IMG/VR virus record: IMGVR_UViG_3300035530_000034
Location: 1-35,438 of that record
Reading direction: 5' to 3' (one strand)
From: a virus
Lineage: Duplodnaviria > Caudoviricetes
Length of the DNA stretch: 35,438 bases
In this document: piece by piece, positions 1-9,853 of the stretch
Position numbering within the stretch: position 1 is the first letter of the stretch
Layout: every line of letters starts with the position of its first letter
The notes under the pieces: generated by a model
Database searches by the model: none
Seen by the model: only the letters and a program-made list of their open reading frames with translations
Told to the model about the DNA's origin: nothing
Position numbers and translations under genes: made by a program

Positions 1-383
1 TGTATCATAAATGTGGGTAGTAGTATATTGTCAAGAGAATATGACTTAACAATATATTCCGAAGGTATATCACATTTAGTATAAAAGTGATTTTTACCAT
101 CAGGACCTGGAGCTACTGTTGTACTATTCAATTCTAATACAAATACATAAGGTACAGCATACATACCTTTATCAGTATTTCGATTGCATCGTAATCCGTG
201 ATGTAGATAATGTTTTATTGCATATTGACAATCTGACTTATTGGATACCTTTACTACATGAGTATGAGATTTAAATCCTTTCTTTTTTATCTTAGCAATT
301 TTATCAAAATCGATATACCATTTTTCACTTTTGACTGCACCATATCGCATAGTGTATGGAGTAAAATGTATATATATAGCCAC
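1..383 (-). CDS. Hypothetical protein, runs off the left edge; possible ADP-ribosyltransferase-like fold
   Basis: Not in ORF track. GTG at 383 with AAGGAG RBS (ctcctt 392-397); frame open to position 1: MAIYIHFTPYTMRYG...IKKKGF...VFVLEL...HFYTKCDIPSEYIV... Confidence 0.75.
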   Translation of the reverse strand, partial: MAIYIHFTPYTMRYGAVKSEKWYIDFDKIAKIKKKGFKSHTHVVKVSNKSDCQYAIKHYLHHGLRCNRNTDKGMYAVPYVFVLELNSTTVAPGPDGKNHFYTKCDIPSEYIVKSYSLDNILLPTFMI

Positions 384-385
384 GT

Positions 386-592
386 TTATAACTCCTTAGT
401 ATTATGTTTTGTATATAATATACCAAAGAATAGTATAAAGATAGCCCAAAAAGGTACACTAAATACTAGATTTACTATTACTAATGTTAGAAATCCTAAG
501 ACTATAGCAAATGTGCTAATAAACACCTTAAAGACAAATATCGTGACACACCCTAAAATAACTACACCCAAGATAGTCCATAGTGTTGACAT
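386..592 (-). CDS. Small hydrophobic membrane protein (68 aa)
   Basis: AGGAGA RBS upstream (601-606); almost entirely hydrophobic (2-3 TM segments); stop abuts the start of the next gene. Confidence 0.75.
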   Translation of the reverse strand: MSTLWTILGVVILGCVTIFVFKVFISTFAIVLGFLTLVIVNLVFSVPFWAIFILFFGILYTKHNTKEL

Positions 593-626
593 AGTAATAT
601 TCTCCTAAGTAGTAAAATGATATAAA

Positions 627-662
627 GTGTATAGATACATCCATATGGATGTATCTATACAC
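627..662. terminator. Perfect 36-bp palindrome, likely terminator hairpin
   Basis: gtgtatagatacatccat|atggatgtatctatacac, directly downstream of the minus-strand gene ending at 675. Confidence 0.65.
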
Positions 663-674
663 ATTGTAAATAAA

Positions 675-1013
675 TTATGCCTGATATTCAATAGTAGAAG
701 CAAGACTAAGACTTGCATGCAACTGATCTGTCTGGATCAAGCTGTATGGATCTGATACTAACTCACGTACTGAAGGGGGATACGAAAACTTACATTCAAT
801 TCCTGAAATTGGAGGGAGTCGGGAACATTGCGCCAACTCCCTTAACTTAGGAATATACATTCCAATACTATTAATAATCTCATCCTTATGCGAATCCACA
901 TCGACTTTATCAATAATTTTAGCAATACAAGTCAATGCAGATGAGAGATTATCGCATTTCGTAATCTCCGAAAATGTACCAATACCGATGGTTAGTTTGC
1001 ACGATCCAGACAT
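675..1013 (-). CDS. Hypothetical protein (~112 aa, MSGSCKLTIG...)
   Basis: ORF track 675..1088; start moved to ATG 1013 because of a GAGGAA RBS at 1021-1026. Confidence 0.65.
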   Translation of the reverse strand: MSGSCKLTIGIGTFSEITKCDNLSSALTCIAKIIDKVDVDSHKDEIINSIGMYIPKLRELAQCSRLPPISGIECKFSYPPSVRELVSDPYSLIQTDQLHASLSLASTIEYQA

Positions 1014-1088
1014 TAGACAATTCCTCTTTTGTTGGTTGTAAAAGCTATATAAACTGCGATAATAGCTACAACTTATCGCATTACCCAC

Positions 1089-2801
1089 TTATTGATATCC
1101 ACCAAATGCAGTAATTTCACGAAGCTCTTGTGCCCCATAATCTGTGATATACTCCAAGAAAGATGTCATACCTTTATTAGTCATACCTAACGTATTCAGT
1201 TTACGGACATCTTTTCCGAGTTCAATCATCACTTCTATATCTTTGGTGTAATTTAATAGTGCTGTACGAGACTTTTTGTCAAACCCAGGAATTCCTACTG
1301 CAACTATAATATCGTCAATTGTCATTTGAGACATTGTCGAAACGATGTTATCAAGTAATTTATTTGCTCTTAACTCTCCAATCATATTTACTAATATTTT
1401 TTTATCTAAAGTAAATATATCTGACAGTCGCGTAAGTACTTTCTTTTCTACTAAAGGACGAATAAGTTCTATTCCAAATCCTTTAATATCCAATCCTGAT
1501 CTACTGACAAAATAGTCAATCCTCGCTTCTAATATTGCAGGACAATGCGGATTACTACACATTTTAACTTTAGGCGACCTTTTAATGATCAGACTTCCAC
1601 ACCTAGGACAATGAGTTAATGGAGTAAAGTTTTCACTATCGATAGTCTTAGAGATATTTTTTGATACTTTAGGAATAACTCCACCAGACCTTACTATACT
1701 AATAATGTTACCTTTCCCTAACCCATTTCGTATAATAAAATCTTCATTATGTAAAGTTACTTTAGAAATTTTAGCTCCGCCGATAGTCACTTCATCAACG
1801 ATAGCTACCGGAGTAATGACTCCAGTTCTGCCAACTTGGTAGATGATATCCTTTATCTTAGTTCTCATTTCCGTATCGACAAATTTCCAAGCTTTTGAAT
1901 ATTTTGGATATTTATCAGTATAACCAAGTTCTGTTTGTATAGATTTATCATCAATCTTCCATACAGTGCCATCGCACGGAATCTCCAATTTCTCAACTGG
2001 AATATTGTTATATTTCTCATGAAAATCTTCAGCTTCATGAATACTTTTAAGTTTTACCAATACGAAATCTGGGATATCAAATCCAAACGATTGTAGATCT
2101 GACATCATTTCATTATGACATTTATACCCTTCTATGTTGCTATTGTATGCTATAAAATTAACATATTTAAGAAAAGGGGAGAATTTACTATTCAACAATC
2201 CAGCTACAGCATTACGTTGATTAGCATAAGCACTTGCACCTTCTTGTCTTACTATCCCATTAAGGTTATTGAAATTTGTATAGTTGATAACAGCCTCACC
2301 ATACACTTCCAATTTATCCTTAATGGGAATATTAGTTATTATTCCATTGATAGTTGATATGTGACGAGAAACATCTTCTCCCTTAAACCCATTTCCACGA
2401 GTAGAGACGTTTACTAATTTACCATTTTCATAATATAAAGATAAAGCTAATCCATCCAACTTCAGATCACCATATACTAACGCATCTCCTGATAGACCCT
2501 TAAGAGTAATCCATTTGTAAAATTCTTCATAAGAAAATACATTGCTCATACTATACATTTTATTCATATGAGTAATAGTAGCATCAGCAGTTTCAGATAA
2601 CCCACCTATCTTCTTAGTGGGAGTATCTTCATGTTTATATTGGGGATACTCTTTCTCGAGTCGTTTTAGTTCTTCGAACATTTTGTCGTATTCAAAGTCA
2701 GATATCTCAGGAGCATTTTGTATATGATAAAGATAGTCGTGTCTTTTTATAGTCTTAGTTAAATCATCAATACGTCTTTTCATCATATCATCAATGTTCA
2801 T
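1089..2801 (-). CDS. ligA: NAD-dependent DNA ligase (no C-terminal BRCT domain)
   Basis: N-terminal YH..NAPEISDFEYD, adenylation motif KLDGLA, TRGNG..GEDV, RNAVAG, DGTVWK, QVGRTGVITPVA, TLHN, Zn finger CPRCGS..CSNPHC, HhH DIKGFG. Confidence 0.97.
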   Translation of the reverse strand: MNIDDMMKRRIDDLTKTIKRHDYLYHIQNAPEISDFEYDKMFEELKRLEKEYPQYKHEDTPTKKIGGLSETADATITHMNKMYSMSNVFSYEEFYKWITLKGLSGDALVYGDLKLDGLALSLYYENGKLVNVSTRGNGFKGEDVSRHISTINGIITNIPIKDKLEVYGEAVINYTNFNNLNGIVRQEGASAYANQRNAVAGLLNSKFSPFLKYVNFIAYNSNIEGYKCHNEMMSDLQSFGFDIPDFVLVKLKSIHEAEDFHEKYNNIPVEKLEIPCDGTVWKIDDKSIQTELGYTDKYPKYSKAWKFVDTEMRTKIKDIIYQVGRTGVITPVAIVDEVTIGGAKISKVTLHNEDFIIRNGLGKGNIISIVRSGGVIPKVSKNISKTIDSENFTPLTHCPRCGSLIIKRSPKVKMCSNPHCPAILEARIDYFVSRSGLDIKGFGIELIRPLVEKKVLTRLSDIFTLDKKILVNMIGELRANKLLDNIVSTMSQMTIDDIIVAVGIPGFDKKSRTALLNYTKDIEVMIELGKDVRKLNTLGMTNKGMTSFLEYITDYGAQELREITAFGGYQ

Positions 2802-2828
2802 ATGAACTCCATAATGTTATGATATCGA

Positions 2829-3116
2829 TTAAAATGATCCAGTAATTTCTATATCATTTTTCGTATCTACAGTTAACCTATACTCTTCATGCGAAACGAA
2901 CATCAGTGAACCTTTTATAAATCCAATACTCTCTCTGTTCAAACTTTTCCAAGTATGGATATATACTTTTTCAACTTTTTTCTTTTTATAACCTTTAGCT
3001 CCCCATACTTTCTTAAATAGAGTATCTAAAGATTCATCTCTATTAAATCCTGATCCCATGAAATATTTAGTCAATTCTGCCTGTCCTGCTAACGTGATTG
3101 TTAATCTAACTACCAT
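2829..3116 (-). CDS. Hypothetical protein (95 aa)
   Basis: AAGGAGA RBS upstream (3124-3130); co-oriented with ligA. Confidence 0.75.
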   Translation of the reverse strand: MVVRLTITLAGQAELTKYFMGSGFNRDESLDTLFKKVWGAKGYKKKKVEKVYIHTWKSLNRESIGFIKGSLMFVSHEEYRLTVDTKNDIEITGSF

Positions 3117-3159
3117 TGTATTTTCTCCTTATTTGTAAAAATTATATACATTATTGTGA

Positions 3160-3193
3160 GTAATATAACTATTCTTAAATTTATAATATATAT
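3160..3193 (-). promoter_or_regulatory. Putative phage early promoter(s): TATATTAC (3160-3167) and ATATATATTAT (3183-3193)
   Basis: Exact match to the phiKZ early promoter core TATATTAC on the coding strand, plus the recurring ATATATATTAT motif. Confidence 0.55.
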
Positions 3194-3225
3194 GTAAGCA
3201 TATAATGAGTTGCACTTATAAAAAA

Positions 3226-3269
3226 TATATACCTACATACACCTATATAGTGGTGTATGTAGGTATATA
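3226..3269 (-). terminator. Intrinsic terminator after the helicase gene
   Basis: 18-bp inverted repeat tatatacctacatacacc/ggtgtatgtaggtatata with an A-run on the left (U-tract on minus strand). Confidence 0.75.
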
Positions 3270-3273
3270 ATTA

Positions 3274-4749
3274 TCATACCGATAGTTCAGTATACTTCAA
3301 TCCTAAAGGTTCAAATATCTTTTTTCGTTGATATCTATGATTCATTTGAGATTGTATATGCTCATTAGTTATATAGATAAAGTGTGGAATATCACCATTT
3401 TTCAATTTTCGCAATCGCCCCAACGTTTGCTTATTTAGAGTAAATGCATTAAATGAATTAGTAACAATCGCAGTTCGTAGATTACTGATATCTCTCCCTA
3501 CTCCACAACTCCCTACTGTACTTATAATAATATCAGATTCATCTAGTATCTCATCTTCTGTATCAGAAAAATAAGTATTAATATTCAAATCCATATACGG
3601 ATACTTTAAGTATAAACTTTCCATCAATTTTGTAGCCATATCCTTTAGACCTACAAGGATCAATAACTTCTGACCTACTCTTCTGACATTGAAAAAATGA
3701 CTTTCTATGATCGGAAAGAGTTTGCTAAAATATAAAGCCTGAAGATATTGTCGTTTGAGTATAAATTTTTCATATTTAGTCTGACTATATCCTTGAGGAG
3801 TTAATACCGCCTTCTCTGGAATATTATTTCCTATGTTGTAACTATATGAATATATATTTACATACTTATCATAATTTCCTTCACCAAAACGTATGTGTTT
3901 AGGAAATACAATTTCGAATATTCTTTTTCCATCATTATCATTTCTTCCATATGTGGCAGATAGATACAAGTTATGTTTTATATTAGTATTTAAATCAATA
4001 GTAGTATTAGTACTAAAATTCATATGACATTCGTCTACAATTTTAACCCCTATATCCAAATACTTTAAAAATTCATTAAAGGGTTTAAATTGATCATAGT
4101 TATTATTATCAGTTACATAATTTCTAATAGTTCTAGTACTTGCAATATAAAACTTAGGAGTAGGATAAGGTATGTTTTTATGCAATTTTGCTATCGAATC
4201 AAATCCTTGGATTAAATAAACTTCACCTTCCCTTAGTGTTGTGAATTGGTATATCGCATCTTCCCATTGTTGCGTTAATCCACTAACAAAAATGATAGCT
4301 CGTTTCTTTAATTCTGATGTAGCTTTTATACTACAATAACTTTTACCTTGTCCAGTTTGTAATGCTAATCCTCTCATATCTGTTGGATTATTAACTAGAA
4401 AATTAATAGGATCAACCTGATTAGGTTTAGGAGAATATGTAGAATCCATTGGAATTTCTACAGTACTACCATCGTACGGTTTACGAGTAAATACTTTATG
4501 ATTTACTCCCCTAGACGTTAACATCTCCACAAAATGATCTAGATTATATCGTGGCATTTTACATATACCACGCTGTTTGTCATATTGTGTATATAAAAAA
4601 GCTATTTCAAACCGTTTTAATCTGGGGTTAAATTTTCGTTGAGTTAATCGACTTATATATTTCCCAATATTCACATTTGTATTTTCGATATCTCCCATTG
4701 GAGAACATTTAAAATAGAAATATGTAGCACCAACATAAATTCGTAACAT
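3274..4749 (-). CDS. Superfamily 2 DExH helicase (phiKZ gp75-like)
   Basis: Walker A LQTGQGKS, motif II IVDECH, motif III LSAT, motif V GVGRDI, motif VI QTLGRLRK; follows nvRNAP beta' C-part as in phiKZ. Confidence 0.92.
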   Translation of the reverse strand: MLRIYVGATYFYFKCSPMGDIENTNVNIGKYISRLTQRKFNPRLKRFEIAFLYTQYDKQRGICKMPRYNLDHFVEMLTSRGVNHKVFTRKPYDGSTVEIPMDSTYSPKPNQVDPINFLVNNPTDMRGLALQTGQGKSYCSIKATSELKKRAIIFVSGLTQQWEDAIYQFTTLREGEVYLIQGFDSIAKLHKNIPYPTPKFYIASTRTIRNYVTDNNNYDQFKPFNEFLKYLDIGVKIVDECHMNFSTNTTIDLNTNIKHNLYLSATYGRNDNDGKRIFEIVFPKHIRFGEGNYDKYVNIYSYSYNIGNNIPEKAVLTPQGYSQTKYEKFILKRQYLQALYFSKLFPIIESHFFNVRRVGQKLLILVGLKDMATKLMESLYLKYPYMDLNINTYFSDTEDEILDESDIIISTVGSCGVGRDISNLRTAIVTNSFNAFTLNKQTLGRLRKLKNGDIPHFIYITNEHIQSQMNHRYQRKKIFEPLGLKYTELSV

Positions 4750-4854
4750 AGGATCAGATCTCCCATTCTCATATATTTATATCCTGTATAGTATTAGATG
4801 TTCTAGATTTGTCAAAAATTACAATTTTATATTTATGAAATATTATTATGTGAG

Positions 4855-4880
4855 TGAGGTGGACCATATGGTCCACCTCA
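4855..4880. terminator. Perfect 26-bp palindrome/terminator after nvRNAP beta' C-part
   Basis: tgaggtggaccat|atggtccacctca, 7 nt past the stop at 4888. Confidence 0.65.
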
Positions 4881-4887
4881 TCTCATA

Positions 4888-6798
4888 CTAATCTGGATAC
4901 TTATCAGAAAATCCCATAAATGTATCGAACGGATTACTCGATCTCGGAACTAGATACGTTTTGGGGTGAGTTAATATTCCATACAATGTTTCAAATGCAA
5001 AGAATGTTCCTAAACTTCTATCCGCATTAATTCGTGGAGTTGTTTGGAATTTTACATTATCAACATCTTCTACACTTGGAATTTGATAATTAAACTCATT
5101 CGTAATCATGTACGCTTTCAATAACAGTTCTATATGGAATAAATTAGCAGATACTTTAGAGTAGATTATATTACTAAAGTCTTTTAATACTTCAGTTGCC
5201 GATGTATATGTAGCAATTTTCGACTCTAAGAAGTTTTTGACAATAGCAACAAAATCAAGCATATTATCATTGACAACTAAGGATTTAAATATCGGTTTTT
5301 CAATATCAAACTTATCCATAGGTATCCATACAGTATCCCCAATATCTAATCTACTATAATTATCTTTAATATAGATTAACATATCTTTAGAGAAATATGG
5401 AAATCGTTTAGCACTTTCCATATTCACAATCTTAGTCACATAATCGTCAGTATGATAAGATGAGATCATCATTTTAGTAATTTTACTAAAATGTTCTTCA
5501 TTAATAGCTGCACGACTTTTGATCAACCGCAGATCAGAAATTCTACTAATATCATTAATAGGTATTCCAATTTTCCAATCTTTAAGTGCAATTTCTCTGT
5601 CTTTTCTAAAATAGACTTTATCGTTGCGATTAATTAGAAATGATCTCAACTCTTCTGGCGGATAGTACGTTACTGTATCAGTCTTCTGTAGATGTTTAGC
5701 ACTTAATATTTTCTGAGTAGCTTGACCTGCTACTTTTGTTGCAGATCCTATACCAATTCGGGGACCTTCGATGAGGAAGTTAGTCATTCTCCCACCACAA
5801 ACTTCACATACACCATCAGTATATTTACACGCCATAGGGGATCGTAAATCGACAGTACTTCCAATCAAATCTTTATAATTGTCAAAAGTTATCTCTTTGA
5901 TCTTACCCTTATCGACATAATACTTACCAACACAATCTTTAGCATTATTCTTATGGATATAGTAAGGTATAGTATTTGTAGTTCCACAATCTCCAGGATA
6001 TACCCAAGAGATACTTGAAGCTATCAAGTGCAATTTTCGAGCAAAATACTGACTGTTGGGTAATGCAATACGATTATAAAAAGCACACTTCTTAGCAGCC
6101 AAACTTTCAACCATATATTCAAGGATGTTAGAAAGTCCATCAACAAAAGATGATTGAATTGGATATCGAATCATTACGTCATTTACGTCCGTACGTGTTC
6201 CGACACCTAACAACATTTGTGGCAATTGCATCTTATTGACATACCCAAGAATATGATAATCGTACAATACATTTTCAGGAAATGGATCTTGCAACGCCTT
6301 ATCCAATTCCTTATTCCGTTCCTCCAACTGTACTTCAATTACTTTAGTTAGAACATTTTCATCGTAGTGTACTTTATCAACTATCTTCTTAATAGGTTCA
6401 GCTTCTAACATATCAGCCAACTCAATAATGGAAATAGAACAATGATATTCATTACACTCTTCAATAATAAAATTGTGTAAATCGTTAACAACTGTCCAAA
6501 AGTCGTACTGACTTTGTGTAGTACGTTTTATATCCAGTATATCTCTATATATATCAGTTAACAATTCTTGAATAGAACTCTTATCGATATTACTATCTTT
6601 CATGATATATTTAGTAGTAACTGGCATATCCCATTTTACAAGTACCCACCAAAAATGCAGATGCAAAATAAGATATTTTCTTTTTATCTTTACAGTCTTA
6701 TCACTCAATTGTATATTTACATTCTTGCAATCCATTGCCAACAATTCAGATATTGTATCTTGATAGTTAGCAATTTTATCATACGTGACAGTTAACAT
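4888..6798 (-). CDS. rpoC: Non-virion RNA polymerase beta'-like subunit, C-terminal part (phiKZ gp74-like)
   Basis: Bridge-helix-like ESLAAKK...NSQYFARKL, GDCGT, Zn site LRSPMAC...GVCEVCGG, trigger-loop-like TQKILSAKH; TAATG overlap with the upstream beta gene. Confidence 0.93.
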   Translation of the reverse strand: MLTVTYDKIANYQDTISELLAMDCKNVNIQLSDKTVKIKRKYLILHLHFWWVLVKWDMPVTTKYIMKDSNIDKSSIQELLTDIYRDILDIKRTTQSQYDFWTVVNDLHNFIIEECNEYHCSISIIELADMLEAEPIKKIVDKVHYDENVLTKVIEVQLEERNKELDKALQDPFPENVLYDYHILGYVNKMQLPQMLLGVGTRTDVNDVMIRYPIQSSFVDGLSNILEYMVESLAAKKCAFYNRIALPNSQYFARKLHLIASSISWVYPGDCGTTNTIPYYIHKNNAKDCVGKYYVDKGKIKEITFDNYKDLIGSTVDLRSPMACKYTDGVCEVCGGRMTNFLIEGPRIGIGSATKVAGQATQKILSAKHLQKTDTVTYYPPEELRSFLINRNDKVYFRKDREIALKDWKIGIPINDISRISDLRLIKSRAAINEEHFSKITKMMISSYHTDDYVTKIVNMESAKRFPYFSKDMLIYIKDNYSRLDIGDTVWIPMDKFDIEKPIFKSLVVNDNMLDFVAIVKNFLESKIATYTSATEVLKDFSNIIYSKVSANLFHIELLLKAYMITNEFNYQIPSVEDVDNVKFQTTPRINADRSLGTFFAFETLYGILTHPKTYLVPRSSNPFDTFMGFSDKYPD

Positions 6799-8903
6799 TA
6801 TTTCAACGCCTCCTCACCAAAATATTCAATTACCTTACTTTCGTCAAGAGGATCTGATAGTGTATTTCTACTATCAATTCCGACAGTAGATAACATATGG
6901 TGTACTATTCCCATAATGCTATTAGTCTCAATCAATTCTTTATTACTGATATTGACCCGATTCATTCGAGATGGATGAGGGTGTACTAACAATGTATCAG
7001 CTAACATATCAACTCCTTTAGGAGAGTTAGCTTGCAAACATCCTATTCTTACGACCTCTGAAGTATCGGGAACAGCTTCTACTTCAATTCGTTGTTCATC
7101 TTCGCCAAACCGAGTAGGAGTTTGTGATATCTGATATCCCTTTCTTGATTCAGTTGATGGTCGAATAGGAGTTTTATATTGATTGACATATCCAAATCCA
7201 GCTGCTGAAGGTACAGGCATTTTATAAAGTAAGTATAGATATTTTGAACCTATACATACATTTTTCTTAGTCCGAATTCGTTTCTTTGTACCATCCCGTT
7301 TTATTAGGTTATATTCGACTGGAGTAATTTTTACATCATAAATATCCCGTAAGGTTCTTACTAGTTTTGTACTGATCGTATTAAGACCTGGCGGTATGTG
7401 CAAATATATACCTTTCTGAATAACTTGATCAACAAAATGCTTCTGCTCTTCAGGACTGACATAAGTCTCTCTAGCAAGTTTTCCATAATTGGGATTTATG
7501 GTATCAAAATATTCCATAATAAATTCAAATGGGTTAGCGACCTCTCCCGAACAAATCTTCATTCTAACAAATTCAGATACTCTATTGATGTATCCTTCAT
7601 ATAACTGTCCAGGATTCATACGATTGAAGGTAGCGAGCGGATCGATACATAGATCTGCACGAAATCCAAAATCATCAACAGGCATATCTTCATCTTCCCA
7701 TACGCTACATACAATACCTTTACCACCATCTCGACCGCTAAATTTAAATCCTTTGCCGGGATAGATGGGATGGGTATAAGTAACTTCAATCTGAAGATAT
7801 TCAATAAGAGTATCTTTATCAACTAATTTAGTGCTACTTTTGAAAGGCACACCTTTCATTCGAACACCAGCAGCCCCTAACCTTTCCATACAACGAGTAA
7901 CTAAAGTATTGAACTCATCACTCAATTCATATTTACCTTTGTATGTCTGATATACTTCAATTACTCGTTTGTAAAAAACATTAGCAGCTTCAGTATACTT
8001 CTTTACTTGTGTATAAAGATGAAGAGGTACTTTAGCCTTATTTACATGAAAATTAATATCAAGAATAACACTTCCTGCAGGAGCACAATATATCTTATCA
8101 TGTAAATAACTAGGAGTATGTAATGCAATATCCATAGTATCACTAATGAATGTGTCTTCGTTAGGTGTACGAAATGCACACAAAATACCATCTTCTCTAA
8201 CTACTTCACCAATGTCAGGAAGAAATTTTATCTCACTATCGTCACCATAAAGATTTAGCGGGTGTTGATTGGGAGATATGTTAATAGTCATAGTTTTAAT
8301 AGCTCTTGTTTGCATTTTCTTAGCCAAAGATTTACTAATAACAAATGCATCTTCAATAGTACCTTGAAGTGTCATACAGGCTACATTTGCATTTACTCCC
8401 AATCCGTATTTGGCACCATCATGGATAGGACTAGAAGTCAATTTAGTTTCTTTGTCCAAATAAGTACCAGGGCGTAATAGGTGTTGGTTATATTGATTGT
8501 TATAATAACCATACCCATCAGTACCTTTAGTATATTTATCGACTTGACAATAATGTATCTTTTTATCATTCAGTCCTAAATATACTAAGTAAAGTGTTGG
8601 ATTATCTTTGATTTGATATATTCCTGACACTGTCCGATATTTGGGAATCACATCCAAGATTTCTGCATCCTGATCTCTATCGGATGTACTATATTCATAT
8701 TTCCCAACCATATGTTCATATCCGGAAAAAATCTTCGGATACTCCCCACCATCCAACACCAAACACTGATTGAGATGATGTGCTGCCATATCCACTCGAC
8801 CACTTGAAAGTTGTGCAAGAAATGGAAACAGTAATGTCTCAAAACCAATTAGTCGTGGATCAAAGTTTACGTTATTACAATATTCGTCCAAAGGTTGTGA
8901 CAT
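6798..8903 (-). CDS. rpoB: Non-virion RNA polymerase beta-like subunit, C-terminal part (phiKZ gp71-73-like)
   Basis: beta motifs GVNANVA..EDAFVIS, GFKFSGRDGGKGIV..EDMP, RMNPGQLYE, RFGEDE; GGAGGG RBS. Confidence 0.95.
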   Translation of the reverse strand: MSQPLDEYCNNVNFDPRLIGFETLLFPFLAQLSSGRVDMAAHHLNQCLVLDGGEYPKIFSGYEHMVGKYEYSTSDRDQDAEILDVIPKYRTVSGIYQIKDNPTLYLVYLGLNDKKIHYCQVDKYTKGTDGYGYYNNQYNQHLLRPGTYLDKETKLTSSPIHDGAKYGLGVNANVACMTLQGTIEDAFVISKSLAKKMQTRAIKTMTINISPNQHPLNLYGDDSEIKFLPDIGEVVREDGILCAFRTPNEDTFISDTMDIALHTPSYLHDKIYCAPAGSVILDINFHVNKAKVPLHLYTQVKKYTEAANVFYKRVIEVYQTYKGKYELSDEFNTLVTRCMERLGAAGVRMKGVPFKSSTKLVDKDTLIEYLQIEVTYTHPIYPGKGFKFSGRDGGKGIVCSVWEDEDMPVDDFGFRADLCIDPLATFNRMNPGQLYEGYINRVSEFVRMKICSGEVANPFEFIMEYFDTINPNYGKLARETYVSPEEQKHFVDQVIQKGIYLHIPPGLNTISTKLVRTLRDIYDVKITPVEYNLIKRDGTKKRIRTKKNVCIGSKYLYLLYKMPVPSAAGFGYVNQYKTPIRPSTESRKGYQISQTPTRFGEDEQRIEVEAVPDTSEVVRIGCLQANSPKGVDMLADTLLVHPHPSRMNRVNISNKELIETNSIMGIVHHMLSTVGIDSRNTLSDPLDESKVIEYFGEEALK

Positions 8904-8968
8904 ATATTATCCCTCCTTAAGGATTAATAAATGTAAACTATATAAAACTATATACGTCTATCTTATAG

Positions 8969-8979
8969 ATAATATATAT
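8969..8979 (-). promoter_or_regulatory. Putative early promoter motif ATATATATTAT upstream of nvRNAP beta gene
   Basis: Same 11-mer 56-67 nt upstream of four minus-strand genes. Confidence 0.55.
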
Positions 8980-9005
8980 TTAAATACGTAAGGAGATATA
9001 GTAAC

Positions 9006-9347
9006 ATGAATATTCTCGAGCTTCTGACTAGAAAATTTGGAACGTATGAAAATACCGATAACGCTTGGGTACAATTTGTTAAAGATCATAAAGCTCTGAT
9101 ATTACAAAATTCAATTATAAGAGAACCATCATTAGTCTACCAATATCCTCACGAATATAACTTAATCAAATATCTAAAATCGATAGCTTTTGATACTTCC
9201 GCTATGTGGATTGTCAGGTATATAAACAATTATGATACAGATAAAGATTTTGCCAGTATCGCAAAAATACATATACCAGACATAACCCACATTCGCGAAT
9301 TGTATGAACTTTACAGAACTAATGTGGCATCTGAAAAGAGTCTTTAG
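9006..9347 (+). CDS. Conserved phiKZ-like small protein, possible baseplate wedge (T4 gp53/LysM-like)
   Basis: AAGGAGA RBS; pattern YL...WIVRYINN...DF....IHIPD; next to the spike gene. Confidence 0.55.
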   Translation: MNILELLTRKFGTYENTDNAWVQFVKDHKALILQNSIIREPSLVYQYPHEYNLIKYLKSIAFDTSAMWIVRYINNYDTDKDFASIAKIHIPDITHIRELYELYRTNVASEKSL

Positions 9348-9849
9348 GATACCAAATAACTTCTTGTACGATTGGAAGTATCCATGTAAACGGAAACATA
9401 TCTATAAAGGTATACCAATCTTCCTGCGTGGGGAGATTGGTAATACCTGATCCCCGAATATCGAATACTAATCCTCTATATGACTTCCCTCGAACTAAAT
9501 CCAATAACTCAGTAGAAAGCGTTCTTTCAATTCTACCTATAGTATCTAATAGGCGACTAAATGACAAATTGTGTTTAGTATCTTGAAATATATTAACTAC
9601 TTTATCTCGATAGTTATCTTCCGATTGTGCAATCTTACTGATATTCATTTTTGATATTGAGTCTACTAATGAATCGGTAGAAGATTCGGGATAAATTGAT
9701 TTTTCCAAATGTACCCACTCTTTAACTAGATTACGTACAATTTGGTATCCTAACATATAGTCAGCAGGTTCAACTGTAGGATTTGCTACAATAAATCTGG
9801 ACTTTTGAGATTTTAATTTTCCTTGAATTGTTAAATATTCAGATTGCAT
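9319..9849 (-). CDS. Hypothetical protein (176 aa), downstream of spike gene
   Basis: Long ORF starting 4 nt after the spike stop; 3' end overlaps the convergent + gene by 29 nt. Confidence 0.75.
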   Translation of the reverse strand: MQSEYLTIQGKLKSQKSRFIVANPTVEPADYMLGYQIVRNLVKEWVHLEKSIYPESSTDSLVDSISKMNISKIAQSEDNYRDKVVNIFQDTKHNLSFSRLLDTIGRIERTLSTELLDLVRGKSYRGLVFDIRGSGITNLPTQEDWYTFIDMFPFTWILPIVQEVIWYPKDSFQMPH

Positions 9850-9853
9850 ATCA

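Noticed and set aside
258-608. 116-aa plus-strand ORF
   Set aside because: Overlaps two RBS-supported minus-strand genes
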